Shown here: positions 47,932 through 57,223 of the stretch, piece by piece
Layout of the letters: each line of letters begins with the position of its first letter
How positions within the stretch are numbered: position 1 is the stretch's first letter
Sequence record: SRR20825006_194
DNA length: 64,000 nt
Direction: 5' to 3' (one strand)
The notes under the pieces: model-generated
Seen by the model: the letters and a program-made list of their open reading frames with translations, nothing else
What the model was told of the DNA's origin: nothing
Database searches by the model: none
Translations under genes and position numbers: made by a program

Positions 47932-47947
47932 TTCGAAGCGCTTCCAA
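47932..47947. promoter_or_regulatory. LacI-type palindromic operator candidate TTCGAAGCGCTTCCAA
   Basis: Perfect GAAGCGCTTC palindrome with central CG; second copy TGGAAGCGCTTC at 20102-20113. Confidence 0.6.
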
Positions 47948-47982
47948 AGTGTATGCTCAATATGCTAGGTATACTTTATATA
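47947..47982 (+). promoter_or_regulatory. 9-bp tandem repeat operator candidate (AAGTGTATG CTCAATATG CTAGGTATA CTTTATATA)
   Basis: Four phased 9-mers ending TAT(A/G) upstream of the TBDT operon; shares TAGGTATA-N5-TATA with the other two sites. Confidence 0.55.
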
Positions 47983-48273
47983 TGCAATATCATTTTGTTA
48001 ATTTTTGAAATTATTTACTCCACTCCCCCTTCTGCACACCTCCCTTCTTAACTCTAACTATCAGGTAGTAGAAACCTGTTAATGAGAGCATAAAAACAAC
48101 GAATCAACTTTCTGTTTTTTAGAGACTAAACAGCTAATGAAAAAATGTTTTTTATTGAAAATCAGTATGCTTTAATTATTATAATTTAAGACTTGTAAAA
48201 ACGGATCTTGATTTACTCACCCCTTCAACTATACCAAATTTTACATTTAGCATTGCGCATGAAATTAAGATAA

Positions 48274-50376
48274 TCAGTGAACGGCTTTTCTAAATGAAAA
48301 GCTAAAGAAAGCGCCATTATCATTCTTGATTAGCGTATCAGCATTTAGTTGTTTGCCGAGTGTACGTATTAGTGTCATTCCTAAAGATTTGGTTTGTACT
48401 CCTAAATCTTCTTCCGGAAATCCATTCCCATTATCTTTTAGTATAAACACCAATTCATTATTTATTTCTTTAAAAGAAACCCAAATTCTTCCGCTCTTGG
48501 CATCTTTAAAAGCATGTTTATAGCAATTAGTTAAAATCTCGTTCAACAGTAACCCACAAGGAATAGCTTGTGTTATCACCACACTTACATTATCGAGATC
48601 AAAGCTGACTTCTATAGGTATTGATGAGGTTCCCATAGCGCGTTGAATAACGGTACTTAACTCTTTAATATAGTTATGAATTTTAATTTCTGATAAATTC
48701 TCGCTTTGATAAAGCTTCTCATGCACGAGAGCAATAGAATTAATTCGCATTTGGCTATCACGAAGGATCCGTTGTGCACTTTCGTTAGGTGTATTATACG
48801 ACTGAAGCTCTAACAAACCTGTAATTACAGCCAAGTTATTTTTTACGCGGTGATGGATTTCAGCCAACATTACTTCTTTCTCTTTTAAAGAATCGATTAA
48901 CCTTTCTTCGGCTCTCTTTCTATCACTTATGTCAACATAAATTCCATAAATAGCTATTGTTTTACCATCTACAAGAACAGGAACGGCATAAATCAACACA
49001 TCGACTAACTTGCCTTTCTTGGTTCGCCTTACCCCAACGTATTCTTCTGCCTTATTACTCTCCGACATTATCCTAGCTTCGTCATAGAATTCTTCCGAAA
49101 CAATTACTTTATCTAACTCAAGGCCAACAATTTCTTTTTCTTTGTAGCCAAAAATGCGCTCAAACCCTTTATTAATCATTTCAATTTCTTTATGATTATT
49201 AAGAAGCGCTATTCCGATAGGCGTAGTATTAAAAAGTTCATTAAAAAGAACTTCTCTGGTTTTAGAGTTCTCCTCAAATTCTTTTCTTTGAGAAATATCC
49301 CTTTCTATTATAATAAGTACTTTCTCTCCAAAGTATGATCCAACATTTGCCGATACTTCAGATGGGAAAACTTCTCCATTCTTTTTTCTTCCCCAACCCT
49401 CATATTTTATAAATGCACCTGGCTCGGCCTCTTCAAAGAGTTGTTTAAACCTATTATGATTAAGCTTTCCAGGAGCACCAAGTATTTTAAAATGTTGCCC
49501 AACAACCTCTTTAAACTTGTATCCAAAAACGTGATTTATCCCCTCATTAGCTTCTAATATCACCCCTTCTTCATTCAGTAGATATATAGCATCGCTAATT
49601 GAGTTGAATAACTCTAAATAGCTACGAATACTACGCTTCAATTTCTTACTAATCTCCAACCTTGCACTTATATCTTGAACAGTTGAATATAAAGAGACTA
49701 AATTCCCAGCTTCATCATATAACAAAGAGTTATGCCACTCACAGTGCAGTAATTGACCATCTTTTGTTACATTTTCGGTTACTATAGACACATTTGACAA
49801 TTTATCTAAACTAGCTTCACTCATTGTGTTCTGAGCAGCCTCAAAGTCAGCAGGATGTGCAAAGTCATCTAATATTGAAGGATTCTCTCTTAACTCGTCT
49901 TCAGTCCATCCAAACATCTCCTGAGCTTTACTCGACCAACGTAGGATTCTTCTATCAGGAGTCCATTCAATTTCGGCAAGTGGCGAGTTTACTATACTAA
50001 ATGGTTTTGAAATTGATTTACTCTTCTCACTCTCTACTGAATCATCCAATGAAACTTCATGAGCTATAATAAATTTGGCAAGCTTATTCTTGTAACTAAT
50101 AACCTGAGAGGAAAACTGAGCATAAAATTGCTCCCCGTTTTGAGTATTAATCTTCCACAATTCACTTAGTCTATCTAACCCTTTTTGTACACCGTTTATA
50201 CTCTCAGTATAATTTACTTTTTGTGTAAATTTAGTAAAAGTACTACCAACTAAATCTTGTTTTTCATACCCTAGTCTATTTAAAGCTACATCATTTACAT
50301 CCAGAATAATTGACGTAAGCTGATCACACACGAACAAACACTGCGTTTCAAAAAACCCATTTTTTGCTTTTAACAT
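48274..50376 (-). CDS. Cytoplasmic multi-PAS sensor histidine kinase (HisKA_2 type)
   Basis: About four PAS/PAC repeats; EIHHRVKNNL H-box, GLLLNEILTNCYKHAF, DNGNG, SLGMTLI; no TM segment. Confidence 0.9.
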   Translation of the reverse strand: MLKAKNGFFETQCLFVCDQLTSIILDVNDVALNRLGYEKQDLVGSTFTKFTQKVNYTESINGVQKGLDRLSELWKINTQNGEQFYAQFSSQVISYKNKLAKFIIAHEVSLDDSVESEKSKSISKPFSIVNSPLAEIEWTPDRRILRWSSKAQEMFGWTEDELRENPSILDDFAHPADFEAAQNTMSEASLDKLSNVSIVTENVTKDGQLLHCEWHNSLLYDEAGNLVSLYSTVQDISARLEISKKLKRSIRSYLELFNSISDAIYLLNEEGVILEANEGINHVFGYKFKEVVGQHFKILGAPGKLNHNRFKQLFEEAEPGAFIKYEGWGRKKNGEVFPSEVSANVGSYFGEKVLIIIERDISQRKEFEENSKTREVLFNELFNTTPIGIALLNNHKEIEMINKGFERIFGYKEKEIVGLELDKVIVSEEFYDEARIMSESNKAEEYVGVRRTKKGKLVDVLIYAVPVLVDGKTIAIYGIYVDISDRKRAEERLIDSLKEKEVMLAEIHHRVKNNLAVITGLLELQSYNTPNESAQRILRDSQMRINSIALVHEKLYQSENLSEIKIHNYIKELSTVIQRAMGTSSIPIEVSFDLDNVSVVITQAIPCGLLLNEILTNCYKHAFKDAKSGRIWVSFKEINNELVFILKDNGNGFPEEDLGVQTKSLGMTLIRTLGKQLNADTLIKNDNGAFFSFSFRKAVH

Positions 50377-50534
50377 TAACTCTTTTTAGTTGCCCTTCTT
50401 TTTCGAAAAAGAATATGCACTATACATTAATTTTTTCCAATAATATTTTGCATTCTTACTCGAGATTTTCAAGTGTCGGGTGTCTATTTTATTCCTATCT
50501 TTAAGTATTAGAAAAAAAGCTATAGACTCGATTA

Positions 50535-52475
50535 ATGTCAGAACAAATTAAAATTACTTTACCAGACGGCTCTGCTCGTTCATATGATAAAGGTACTACC
50601 GGATTACAGATTGCAGAATCAATTTCATCAGGGTTAGCACGTGTTGCACTCAGTATTACTGTAAATGACGATATATTGGATTTGGAAAGTCCAATAAATA
50701 CCGACTCTACGGTCTCGATAAATACTTGGGATACTGACGATGGCAAGTATACATTCTGGCATTCTTCTGCTCACTTATTAGCAGAAGCCGTTCAAGACTT
50801 ATACCCAGAAGCAAAGTTTGGAATAGGACCTCCCATCGAGTCTGGCTTCTATTATGACATCGATTTTGGCGACAAATCTATTACACCAGACGATTTATCT
50901 AACATTGAAAAAAAGTTTTTAGAGAAAGCTCGAAATAAAAATAGTTTTACTCGTAGAGATATTTCCAAAAAAGAAGCTCTAGATTTTTATTCGCAAAAAG
51001 GAAATGAGTATAAAGTAGATTTAATTGATGGGTTAGACGATGGAACCATCACTTTCTACACACAAGGCGATTTCACCGATCTTTGCCGTGGGCCTCACAT
51101 TCCTAATACAGGCGTTGTAAAGGCTATTAAGCTAACAAGTATTGCTGGCGCATATTGGCGTGGCGATAATAACAGCAAGCAGCTTACTCGTATTTATGGG
51201 ATTACTTTCCCAAAACAAAAAATGCTAGAAGAACATCTTCACCTCCAAGAGGAAGCGAAGAAACGTGATCACCGTAAATTGGGTAAGGAACTCGGTATTT
51301 ACATGATCGACAAAATGGTTGGCAGTGGCCTCCCAATTTGGCTACCTAAAGGTGCTCGATTAAGAAGAACCTTAGAATCATTTTTACGCGACGAACAGTT
51401 TGAACGAGGTTATAAAGAAGTTATAACCCCACATATTGGTAGCCTAGAGCTTTATCGCACGTCTGGTCATTATCCTTATTATAAAGATTCTCAGTTTGAT
51501 CCTATAAAAGTAGATGACGAAGAGTACATGCTTAAACCCATGAACTGTCCTCATCATCACAGAATCTATTCTAATGAGATGCGTAGCTACCGTGACTTGC
51601 CGCTTCGCCTTGCAGAATTTGGAACTGTGTACAGATATGAACAATCTGGTGAATTAAGTGGATTGTCTCGTGTAAGAGGGTTTACTCAAGATGATGCGCA
51701 CATTTACTGTACGCACGACCAACTTAAAGATGAAATAAAAAAGACCATCGATCTTACCAATTTTGTATTCGACACTTTTGGTATGCCTGTTGATATCCGA
51801 CTTTCTTTTCGTGACGATAACGACGAAAAGTATGGTGGAGATATGGAGCATTGGGAACGTGCTCAAAAAGAAATTAAAGAAGTTGCTGACGAAATGGGCC
51901 TTAAATATAAGGTTGCCCCTGGTGAAGCAAGCTTCTACGGACCAAAAATCGATTTTATCATTAGAGATGCTATTGGTAGAAAATGGCAACTTGGTACCGT
52001 GCAAGTAGATTATGTGATGCCAGAACGTTTTGACTTAACGTATGTAGGCTCTGACAATGAGAAACATCGTCCGGTAATTATCCATAGAGCTCCTTTTGGT
52101 TCTATGGAACGCTTTACAAGTATTCTAATTGAGCATTTTGCGGGAAATTTTCCACTTTGGCTTTCTCCGGAACAAATTAGAGTTTTGCCAATTTCAGATG
52201 ATCAGAACGAATATGCTCAAGAATGTGTAAATTCACTAAAACAAATTGGTGCTCGCGTCGAACTTGATGATCGAAGCGAACAGATTGGCGGTAAAATTCG
52301 AGACGCTGAAACTGACAAAACACCATACATGCTTATTATTGGAGCCAAAGAACAACAAAATGGCACGGTTTCTGTAAGAAGGCATCGTAAGGGAGATATT
52401 GGAACTTTCAATTTTTCTGATTTTATTTCAACTGTAAAAAAAGAAATTGAAACCAAACAACTTCCTGAAGATTAA
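50535..52475 (+). CDS. thrS: Threonine--tRNA ligase
   Basis: TGS domain, HSSAHLLA, DLCRGPH, RDHRKLG, KPMNCPHH, RVRGFTQDDAH, FYGPKID, IHRAPFGSMERF. Confidence 0.98.
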   Translation: MSEQIKITLPDGSARSYDKGTTGLQIAESISSGLARVALSITVNDDILDLESPINTDSTVSINTWDTDDGKYTFWHSSAHLLAEAVQDLYPEAKFGIGPPIESGFYYDIDFGDKSITPDDLSNIEKKFLEKARNKNSFTRRDISKKEALDFYSQKGNEYKVDLIDGLDDGTITFYTQGDFTDLCRGPHIPNTGVVKAIKLTSIAGAYWRGDNNSKQLTRIYGITFPKQKMLEEHLHLQEEAKKRDHRKLGKELGIYMIDKMVGSGLPIWLPKGARLRRTLESFLRDEQFERGYKEVITPHIGSLELYRTSGHYPYYKDSQFDPIKVDDEEYMLKPMNCPHHHRIYSNEMRSYRDLPLRLAEFGTVYRYEQSGELSGLSRVRGFTQDDAHIYCTHDQLKDEIKKTIDLTNFVFDTFGMPVDIRLSFRDDNDEKYGGDMEHWERAQKEIKEVADEMGLKYKVAPGEASFYGPKIDFIIRDAIGRKWQLGTVQVDYVMPERFDLTYVGSDNEKHRPVIIHRAPFGSMERFTSILIEHFAGNFPLWLSPEQIRVLPISDDQNEYAQECVNSLKQIGARVELDDRSEQIGGKIRDAETDKTPYMLIIGAKEQQNGTVSVRRHRKGDIGTFNFSDFISTVKKEIETKQLPED

Positions 52476-52494
52476 CTAAAAAAAAGAGGAAAAC

Positions 52495-53034
52495 ATCGCA
52501 AAGAGATATTTTCGCAGGGAAGAACCTGCAGATAAAACCAGAATTAATGAAGATATAACTGCTGCTCAGGTTCGACTTATCAAACCAGATAACGAGCATG
52601 AAATTACCACAGCAGAGCGTGCGCTTCAGATTGCTGAATCCTTTAATCTAGATTTGGTGGAGATTTCCCCCAACGCAAACCCTCCGGTTTGTAAGATTAT
52701 TGATTACGGCAAGTACATGTACGAAAAGAAAAAGAAAGAAAAAGAAGCTAAAAAGAAACAGCATACAATTACTGTTAAAGAGCTTCGCTTTCGCCCGCGC
52801 ACAGACGACCATGACCTTGAATTTAAAACTCGCCACGCCAGAGAATTTTTGGAAGGTGGAGACAAAGTAAAGGCAACTGTACAATTTCGAGGTCGAGATA
52901 TGCTATACACTGAAAAGGGTGAACTGCTATTATTACAACTAGCTAAGAGTCTTGAAGACATCGCAAAAATCGAGTCTAAACCAATTATGGAAGGCCGAAG
53001 AATGAGCATGATCATGACTCCTACAAAACCATGA
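52495..53034 (+). CDS. infC: Translation initiation factor IF-3 (non-AUG start, ATC)
   Basis: Open frame extends upstream of the ORF-track start to ATC 52495 (AKRYFRREEPADKTRINEDI..QVRLI...LDLVEISPNANPPVCKIIDYGKY); GAGGA SD at 52486-52490. Confidence 0.93.
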   Translation: MAKRYFRREEPADKTRINEDITAAQVRLIKPDNEHEITTAERALQIAESFNLDLVEISPNANPPVCKIIDYGKYMYEKKKKEKEAKKKQHTITVKELRFRPRTDDHDLEFKTRHAREFLEGGDKVKATVQFRGRDMLYTEKGELLLLQLAKSLEDIAKIESKPIMEGRRMSMIMTPTKP

Positions 53035-53064
53035 TTAAAGATTGATAAGAATAGTTATTCTATT

Positions 53065-53072
53065 TATCTTTG
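53065..53072 (+). promoter_or_regulatory. Bacteroidota-type -7 element (TATCTTTG) upstream of rpmI
   Basis: Exact TAnnTTTG match 38 nt before rpmI. Confidence 0.5.
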
Positions 53073-53109
53073 CAATCTTTATAATTTCACATAAGCAGGT
53101 ATATAAACA

Positions 53110-53310
53110 ATGCCAAAAATGAAAAGTAACAGTGGCGCTAAGAAGCGGTTTAAAGTTACCGCAAGCGGTAAAATTAGACGTAAAAAAGCTTTTAAGAGCC
53201 ACATTCTTACTAAGAAAAGCAGTAAAACTAAGAGACAGCTAGGTGAATCTACTATCGTAACTGAAGCAGATGCTCCAAGAATGAGAAAGCTCATCCCTTA
53301 TAAATTTTAA
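53110..53310 (+). CDS. rpmI: 50S ribosomal protein L35
   Basis: [22 protein letters not shown]...SHILTKKS. Confidence 0.97.
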   Translation: MPKMKSNSGAKKRFKVTASGKIRRKKAFKSHILTKKSSKTKRQLGESTIVTEADAPRMRKLIPYKF

Positions 53311-53328
53311 CCCTAAGATCCATATAAA

Positions 53329-53676
53329 ATGCCACGTTCAAGTAATTTAGTGGCTTCCCGTCGCCGTCGCCGTAAGATATTATCTCAAGCGAAAGGTTAC
53401 TGGGGCAAGCGTAAGAATGTATTTACGATCGCGAAAAATGCGGTAGAAAAAGGTCTAATGTACCAATACCGTGATCGCAAGAATCGTAAACGTACATTCC
53501 GAAGACTTTGGATCGTGAGAATAAATGCTGCTGCCAGAATTAACGGGCTATCCTATTCTAACCTCATGCACGCCATGAAAGAAAAGGATATGCAAATAAA
53601 CCGTAAAGTTCTTGCAGATTTAGCGATTCACGATGCTGATACGTTTGCTGCCATTGTAAAGGAAGCTACAGCTTAA
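53329..53676 (+). CDS. rplT: 50S ribosomal protein L20
   Basis: [40 protein letters not shown]. Confidence 0.98.
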   Translation: MPRSSNLVASRRRRRKILSQAKGYWGKRKNVFTIAKNAVEKGLMYQYRDRKNRKRTFRRLWIVRINAAARINGLSYSNLMHAMKEKDMQINRKVLADLAIHDADTFAAIVKEATA

Positions 53677-53695
53677 TTGCAATCTTGCTTATTAT

Positions 53696-53735
53696 AAGCC
53701 GGTAAATCTTTTAATTTAGGTTTACCGGTTTTTTT
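53696..53735 (+). terminator. Rho-independent terminator after rplT
   Basis: AAGCCGGTAAATCT/AGGTTTACCGGTTT stem followed by a T-run. Confidence 0.85.
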
Positions 53736-53778
53736 ATTTTAAGTACCTGTTAATATCATTTTATAACCACTTTTTTAT

Positions 53779-54786
53779 ATGCCTGACGATATAAAAGCAT
53801 TACTACAAGAAATAGCAGATTTCTCTGTCACCAATGCAACCGAGCTTGAGAATTTCCGACTTGAATTCATTTCCAAAAATGGAAAAGTTCAGTCTATGTT
53901 TAAGAAAATGGGTTCTATCCCTAAAGAGGAGAAAGCCGCTTTCGGGAAATCTATGAACGATTTGAAGAACGCCGCTCAATCTCGCTTTGAAATACTTAAA
54001 GCACAATTTGACACTAGTTCTGCCAGCAAGAAGACAGCCCTAGACGATATAACTTTATCGGCACCAACGCTTCCAATAGGTTCTTTGCATCCTCTTACGC
54101 AAACACTCGAAGAGATGAAAAAGATCTTCTACCGACTGGGATTTACCATATCTGATGGCCCAGAAATAGAAGATGATTTTCATAATTTCACAGCATTAAA
54201 CTTCCCTCCTAACCATCCCGCAAGAGATGAGCAGGATACTTTTTTTGTGCGCAAAAGTGATGATCCCGCAGTTGGAGATTTAGTGCTTCGTACGCACACA
54301 TCACCAGTACAAATTCGTCTCATGGAAAAACAAAAGCCTCCTATCAGAGCAATCATGCCGGGTAGAGTGTATCGTAATGAGGCTGTTTCTGCGAAATCAT
54401 ATTTCCTATTTCACCAAGTTGAAGCACTTTACATCGACAAAAATGTAAGTGTTGCCGACTTAAAAGAAACTCTCATCACCTTTGCTAAACTCATGTTTGG
54501 TAACGATGTGAAATACAGATTACGCCCAGGCTTCTTCCCTTTTACCGAACCAAGTTTGGAAATGGATATTTGGTGGGAAGCTAATGGTAAAGGCCGTTGG
54601 TTAGAAATTTTAGGCTCTGGAATGGTTGATCCTAACGTACTTATTGCTTCTGGTGTTGACCCCGAAGAATACACAGGCTTTGCTTGGGGAATGGGTGTGG
54701 AAAGAATCGCTATTGTTCGCCACGAAATAGACGATATCCGTACTTTTTACGAAAACGACATCCGCTTTTTAGAGCAGTTTAATTAA
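53779..54786 (+). CDS. pheS: Phenylalanine--tRNA ligase alpha subunit
   Basis: GSLHP, NFTALNFP.NHPARD.QDTF, LRTHTSPVQIR, FHQVE, FPFTEPS, GFAWGMG.ER. Confidence 0.98.
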   Translation: MPDDIKALLQEIADFSVTNATELENFRLEFISKNGKVQSMFKKMGSIPKEEKAAFGKSMNDLKNAAQSRFEILKAQFDTSSASKKTALDDITLSAPTLPIGSLHPLTQTLEEMKKIFYRLGFTISDGPEIEDDFHNFTALNFPPNHPARDEQDTFFVRKSDDPAVGDLVLRTHTSPVQIRLMEKQKPPIRAIMPGRVYRNEAVSAKSYFLFHQVEALYIDKNVSVADLKETLITFAKLMFGNDVKYRLRPGFFPFTEPSLEMDIWWEANGKGRWLEILGSGMVDPNVLIASGVDPEEYTGFAWGMGVERIAIVRHEIDDIRTFYENDIRFLEQFN

Positions 54787-54806
54787 TTGATTTCAATACG
54801 TATTAA

Positions 54807-57212
54807 ATGAATTTATCACATAATTGGCTACAAGAATATATCGACCTTGATTTATCTATCGAGGATCTCACTGAAAAACTAACACTCATTGGACTTGAGG
54901 TTGAGGAAGTTGAAGAGTATGGATCTAAACTTGACGGCGTAATCGTTGGCAAAGTTTTGGAAACCAAGCAACATCCTAATGCCGATCGCTTAAAAGTTTG
55001 TCAAGTTGATTTAGGAACTGAAACAGTACAAATTGTTTGCGGTGCAGATAATGTGGCTGCTGGACAAAAAGTACCCGTTGCAACTGTTGGCTCTACCCTT
55101 CCTATTAAACTAGATGACGGAAGCTTGTTAACCCTCCGTAAAGCAAAATTGAGAGGCGAAGAATCTCACGGGATGATTTGCGCTGCAGATGAGTTGGGAC
55201 TTGGTTCAGATCACTCAGGTATTTTAGTTTTAGACGAAAACCTTGAGGTAGGAACTCTTATTTCTCAAGTGTTTGATATGTACCAAGACACTATAATTGA
55301 AATTGCTATCACTCCAAATCGACCTGATGCAACTTGTCACCTTGGCGTTGCTCGCGATTTATCAGCAGCATTGAATATTCCGCTCAAAAAGCCCACTATT
55401 TCAAAAATATCAAGCATTGATAAAGCTGAAGGGTATTCTATATCTATAGAAAGCGAAAATTGCCACCGATATGTAGGTAAGCTGATTAAGAATATCAAAA
55501 TTGATGAATCTCCAGAATGGCTACAAAACAAATTAAAAGCCATAGGTCTTCGTCCTGTAAATAATATCGTAGATATTACTAACTACGTGATGTACGAATT
55601 GGGACAACCTTTGCATGCATTTGATTTCGATAATTTAAAAACAGCTAACATCACCGTTAAAGAATTCGATACAGAAGTTGAATTCGAAACTCTGGATCAT
55701 TTAAAGCGAAAATGTGCTCCTGGTACTTTGTTTATTTGTGATGGAGAAACACCTGTTGCCATTGCAGGAATTATGGGCGGTCTACACTCAGAAGTTTCTG
55801 ACAATACGACCAACATTCTTTTAGAAAGCGCCTACTTTGATCCTGGTACCATAAGAAGAACAGCCAAGTTACAGACACTACAAACCGATGCTTCTTATCG
55901 CTTTGAAAGAGGAATTGACCCAAACATGCAAGCCTTTGCTGCCCAACGTGCTGCTGACCTTATTCTAGAAATTTGCGGTGGTGAAGCTCAAGATGGTGTG
56001 TTGGATGTTCACCCTATTAAAACAGATTCGCATACTCTTACGTTAAGAATGAGCTATTTGAACAGACTTTTAGGCACTAGTTTCGATGTAGCTCAAACTA
56101 TTCAGATTCTTGACGGACTTGAGTTAAAGCTCACTTCACAAACTGAAGAAACTGTTACTTACGAAATACCAACCTTCCGACCGGACCTTGAACGCGAAGT
56201 AGATTTGATTGAAGAAGTTGGCCGTTTATACGATTACAACAAAATTGAATCGCCTAACCACGGAATTTACGTTTCTACAGAACCTCTTACCGAATGGGAA
56301 ATCTTAGTTTCTCATATCCGTGAAATTGGTGTACAGCTAGCGTGTAGAGAAATTTACACGAACTCTCTTATATCAGAAAAAGAAGCACTTAATTTTGTAA
56401 GTAAAGAACAAGTTATTGAGACGTTAAATCCTCTCAATAAAGACATGAGCATGATGCGCCCTACTTTAGCGCATGGTTTCTTAAAAGCAGCTTCGTATAA
56501 CTTCAACAGAAGTGCAGATGATATTCGCTTTTTTGAAGTAGGAAATGTGTTCGAACTTAATGAGCAATTCAGTTATCATGAAGGAATTAAAGAAGAAACT
56601 CATATTCTTTTTGGTCTTTCAGGCCTAAAACAAATCGAGCATTGGTCTAGTAAACCAGTTGCTTATTCTATATTTGATTTAAAGGCTCTTGCAGAAACTT
56701 TCTTTACAAAATTAGGCATTCTAAATTCTGTTCAGGTTGAATTAATAGATGAAACTACGCTCCAGTATTCATTCAAAAAAATTGTACTTGGCTCTATTTC
56801 TCAAGTATCAAATTCTTTGAAAAAAGTATACGATCTCGACCAAGATGCTTTTGTTGCCGAGTTCAGTATTAATGCGATTCAAAAAGTTCAAGCAAAACGT
56901 CCTGCATTCAAATTTACTCCAGTTCCTAAATTCCCAGTGTTCGAATTCGACTTCGCTGTAGTAGTTAGCCAAGATGTAGATGCGGGTAGTTTAATGAAAG
57001 TAATTAAAAGCAAAGCTGGTAACACTCTAAAAAACATTGATATATTTGATGTTTATGAAGGTGAGTCTATCGGTGAGGGAAGTAAAAGTATTGCCTTCAG
57101 ATTAAATTTCATTGATTCGAATAAAACCTTGAATGTCAAAGACGTAGAACCTATTATCCAACGTGTATTAAAAACTCTTGAGAAGCAATTCTCGGCAAAA
57201 CTAAGATCTTAG
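54807..57212 (+). CDS. pheT: Phenylalanine--tRNA ligase beta subunit
   Basis: HPNADRL, IVCGA.NV, LRGEES.GMICA, ITPNRPD, VDITNYV..E.GQPLHAFD, ASYRFERGID, RPDLEREVDLIEEV, FDX-ACB C-terminus. Confidence 0.98.
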   Translation: MNLSHNWLQEYIDLDLSIEDLTEKLTLIGLEVEEVEEYGSKLDGVIVGKVLETKQHPNADRLKVCQVDLGTETVQIVCGADNVAAGQKVPVATVGSTLPIKLDDGSLLTLRKAKLRGEESHGMICAADELGLGSDHSGILVLDENLEVGTLISQVFDMYQDTIIEIAITPNRPDATCHLGVARDLSAALNIPLKKPTISKISSIDKAEGYSISIESENCHRYVGKLIKNIKIDESPEWLQNKLKAIGLRPVNNIVDITNYVMYELGQPLHAFDFDNLKTANITVKEFDTEVEFETLDHLKRKCAPGTLFICDGETPVAIAGIMGGLHSEVSDNTTNILLESAYFDPGTIRRTAKLQTLQTDASYRFERGIDPNMQAFAAQRAADLILEICGGEAQDGVLDVHPIKTDSHTLTLRMSYLNRLLGTSFDVAQTIQILDGLELKLTSQTEETVTYEIPTFRPDLEREVDLIEEVGRLYDYNKIESPNHGIYVSTEPLTEWEILVSHIREIGVQLACREIYTNSLISEKEALNFVSKEQVIETLNPLNKDMSMMRPTLAHGFLKAASYNFNRSADDIRFFEVGNVFELNEQFSYHEGIKEETHILFGLSGLKQIEHWSSKPVAYSIFDLKALAETFFTKLGILNSVQVELIDETTLQYSFKKIVLGSISQVSNSLKKVYDLDQDAFVAEFSINAIQKVQAKRPAFKFTPVPKFPVFEFDFAVVVSQDVDAGSLMKVIKSKAGNTLKNIDIFDVYEGESIGEGSKSIAFRLNFIDSNKTLNVKDVEPIIQRVLKTLEKQFSAKLRS

Positions 57213-57223
57213 AGAATAAGCTA

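Noticed and set aside
13795-48273. Possible genomic island integrated at tRNA-Val and carrying the glycan locus
   Set aside because: I saw no integrase or transposase and no duplicated tRNA 3' end (CCAGTAGGACGCA) at the far boundary; composition could not be computed.
48274-50376. LOV photoreceptor interpretation of the PAS kinase
   Set aside because: No GxNCRFLQ motif in any PAS domain.
50377-50534. T-box or tRNA-mimic operator in the thrS leader
   Set aside because: The region is short and shared with a divergent gene, a promoter-like TATCTTTA lies about 30 nt before the start, and I saw no T-box consensus or anticodon-like hairpins.
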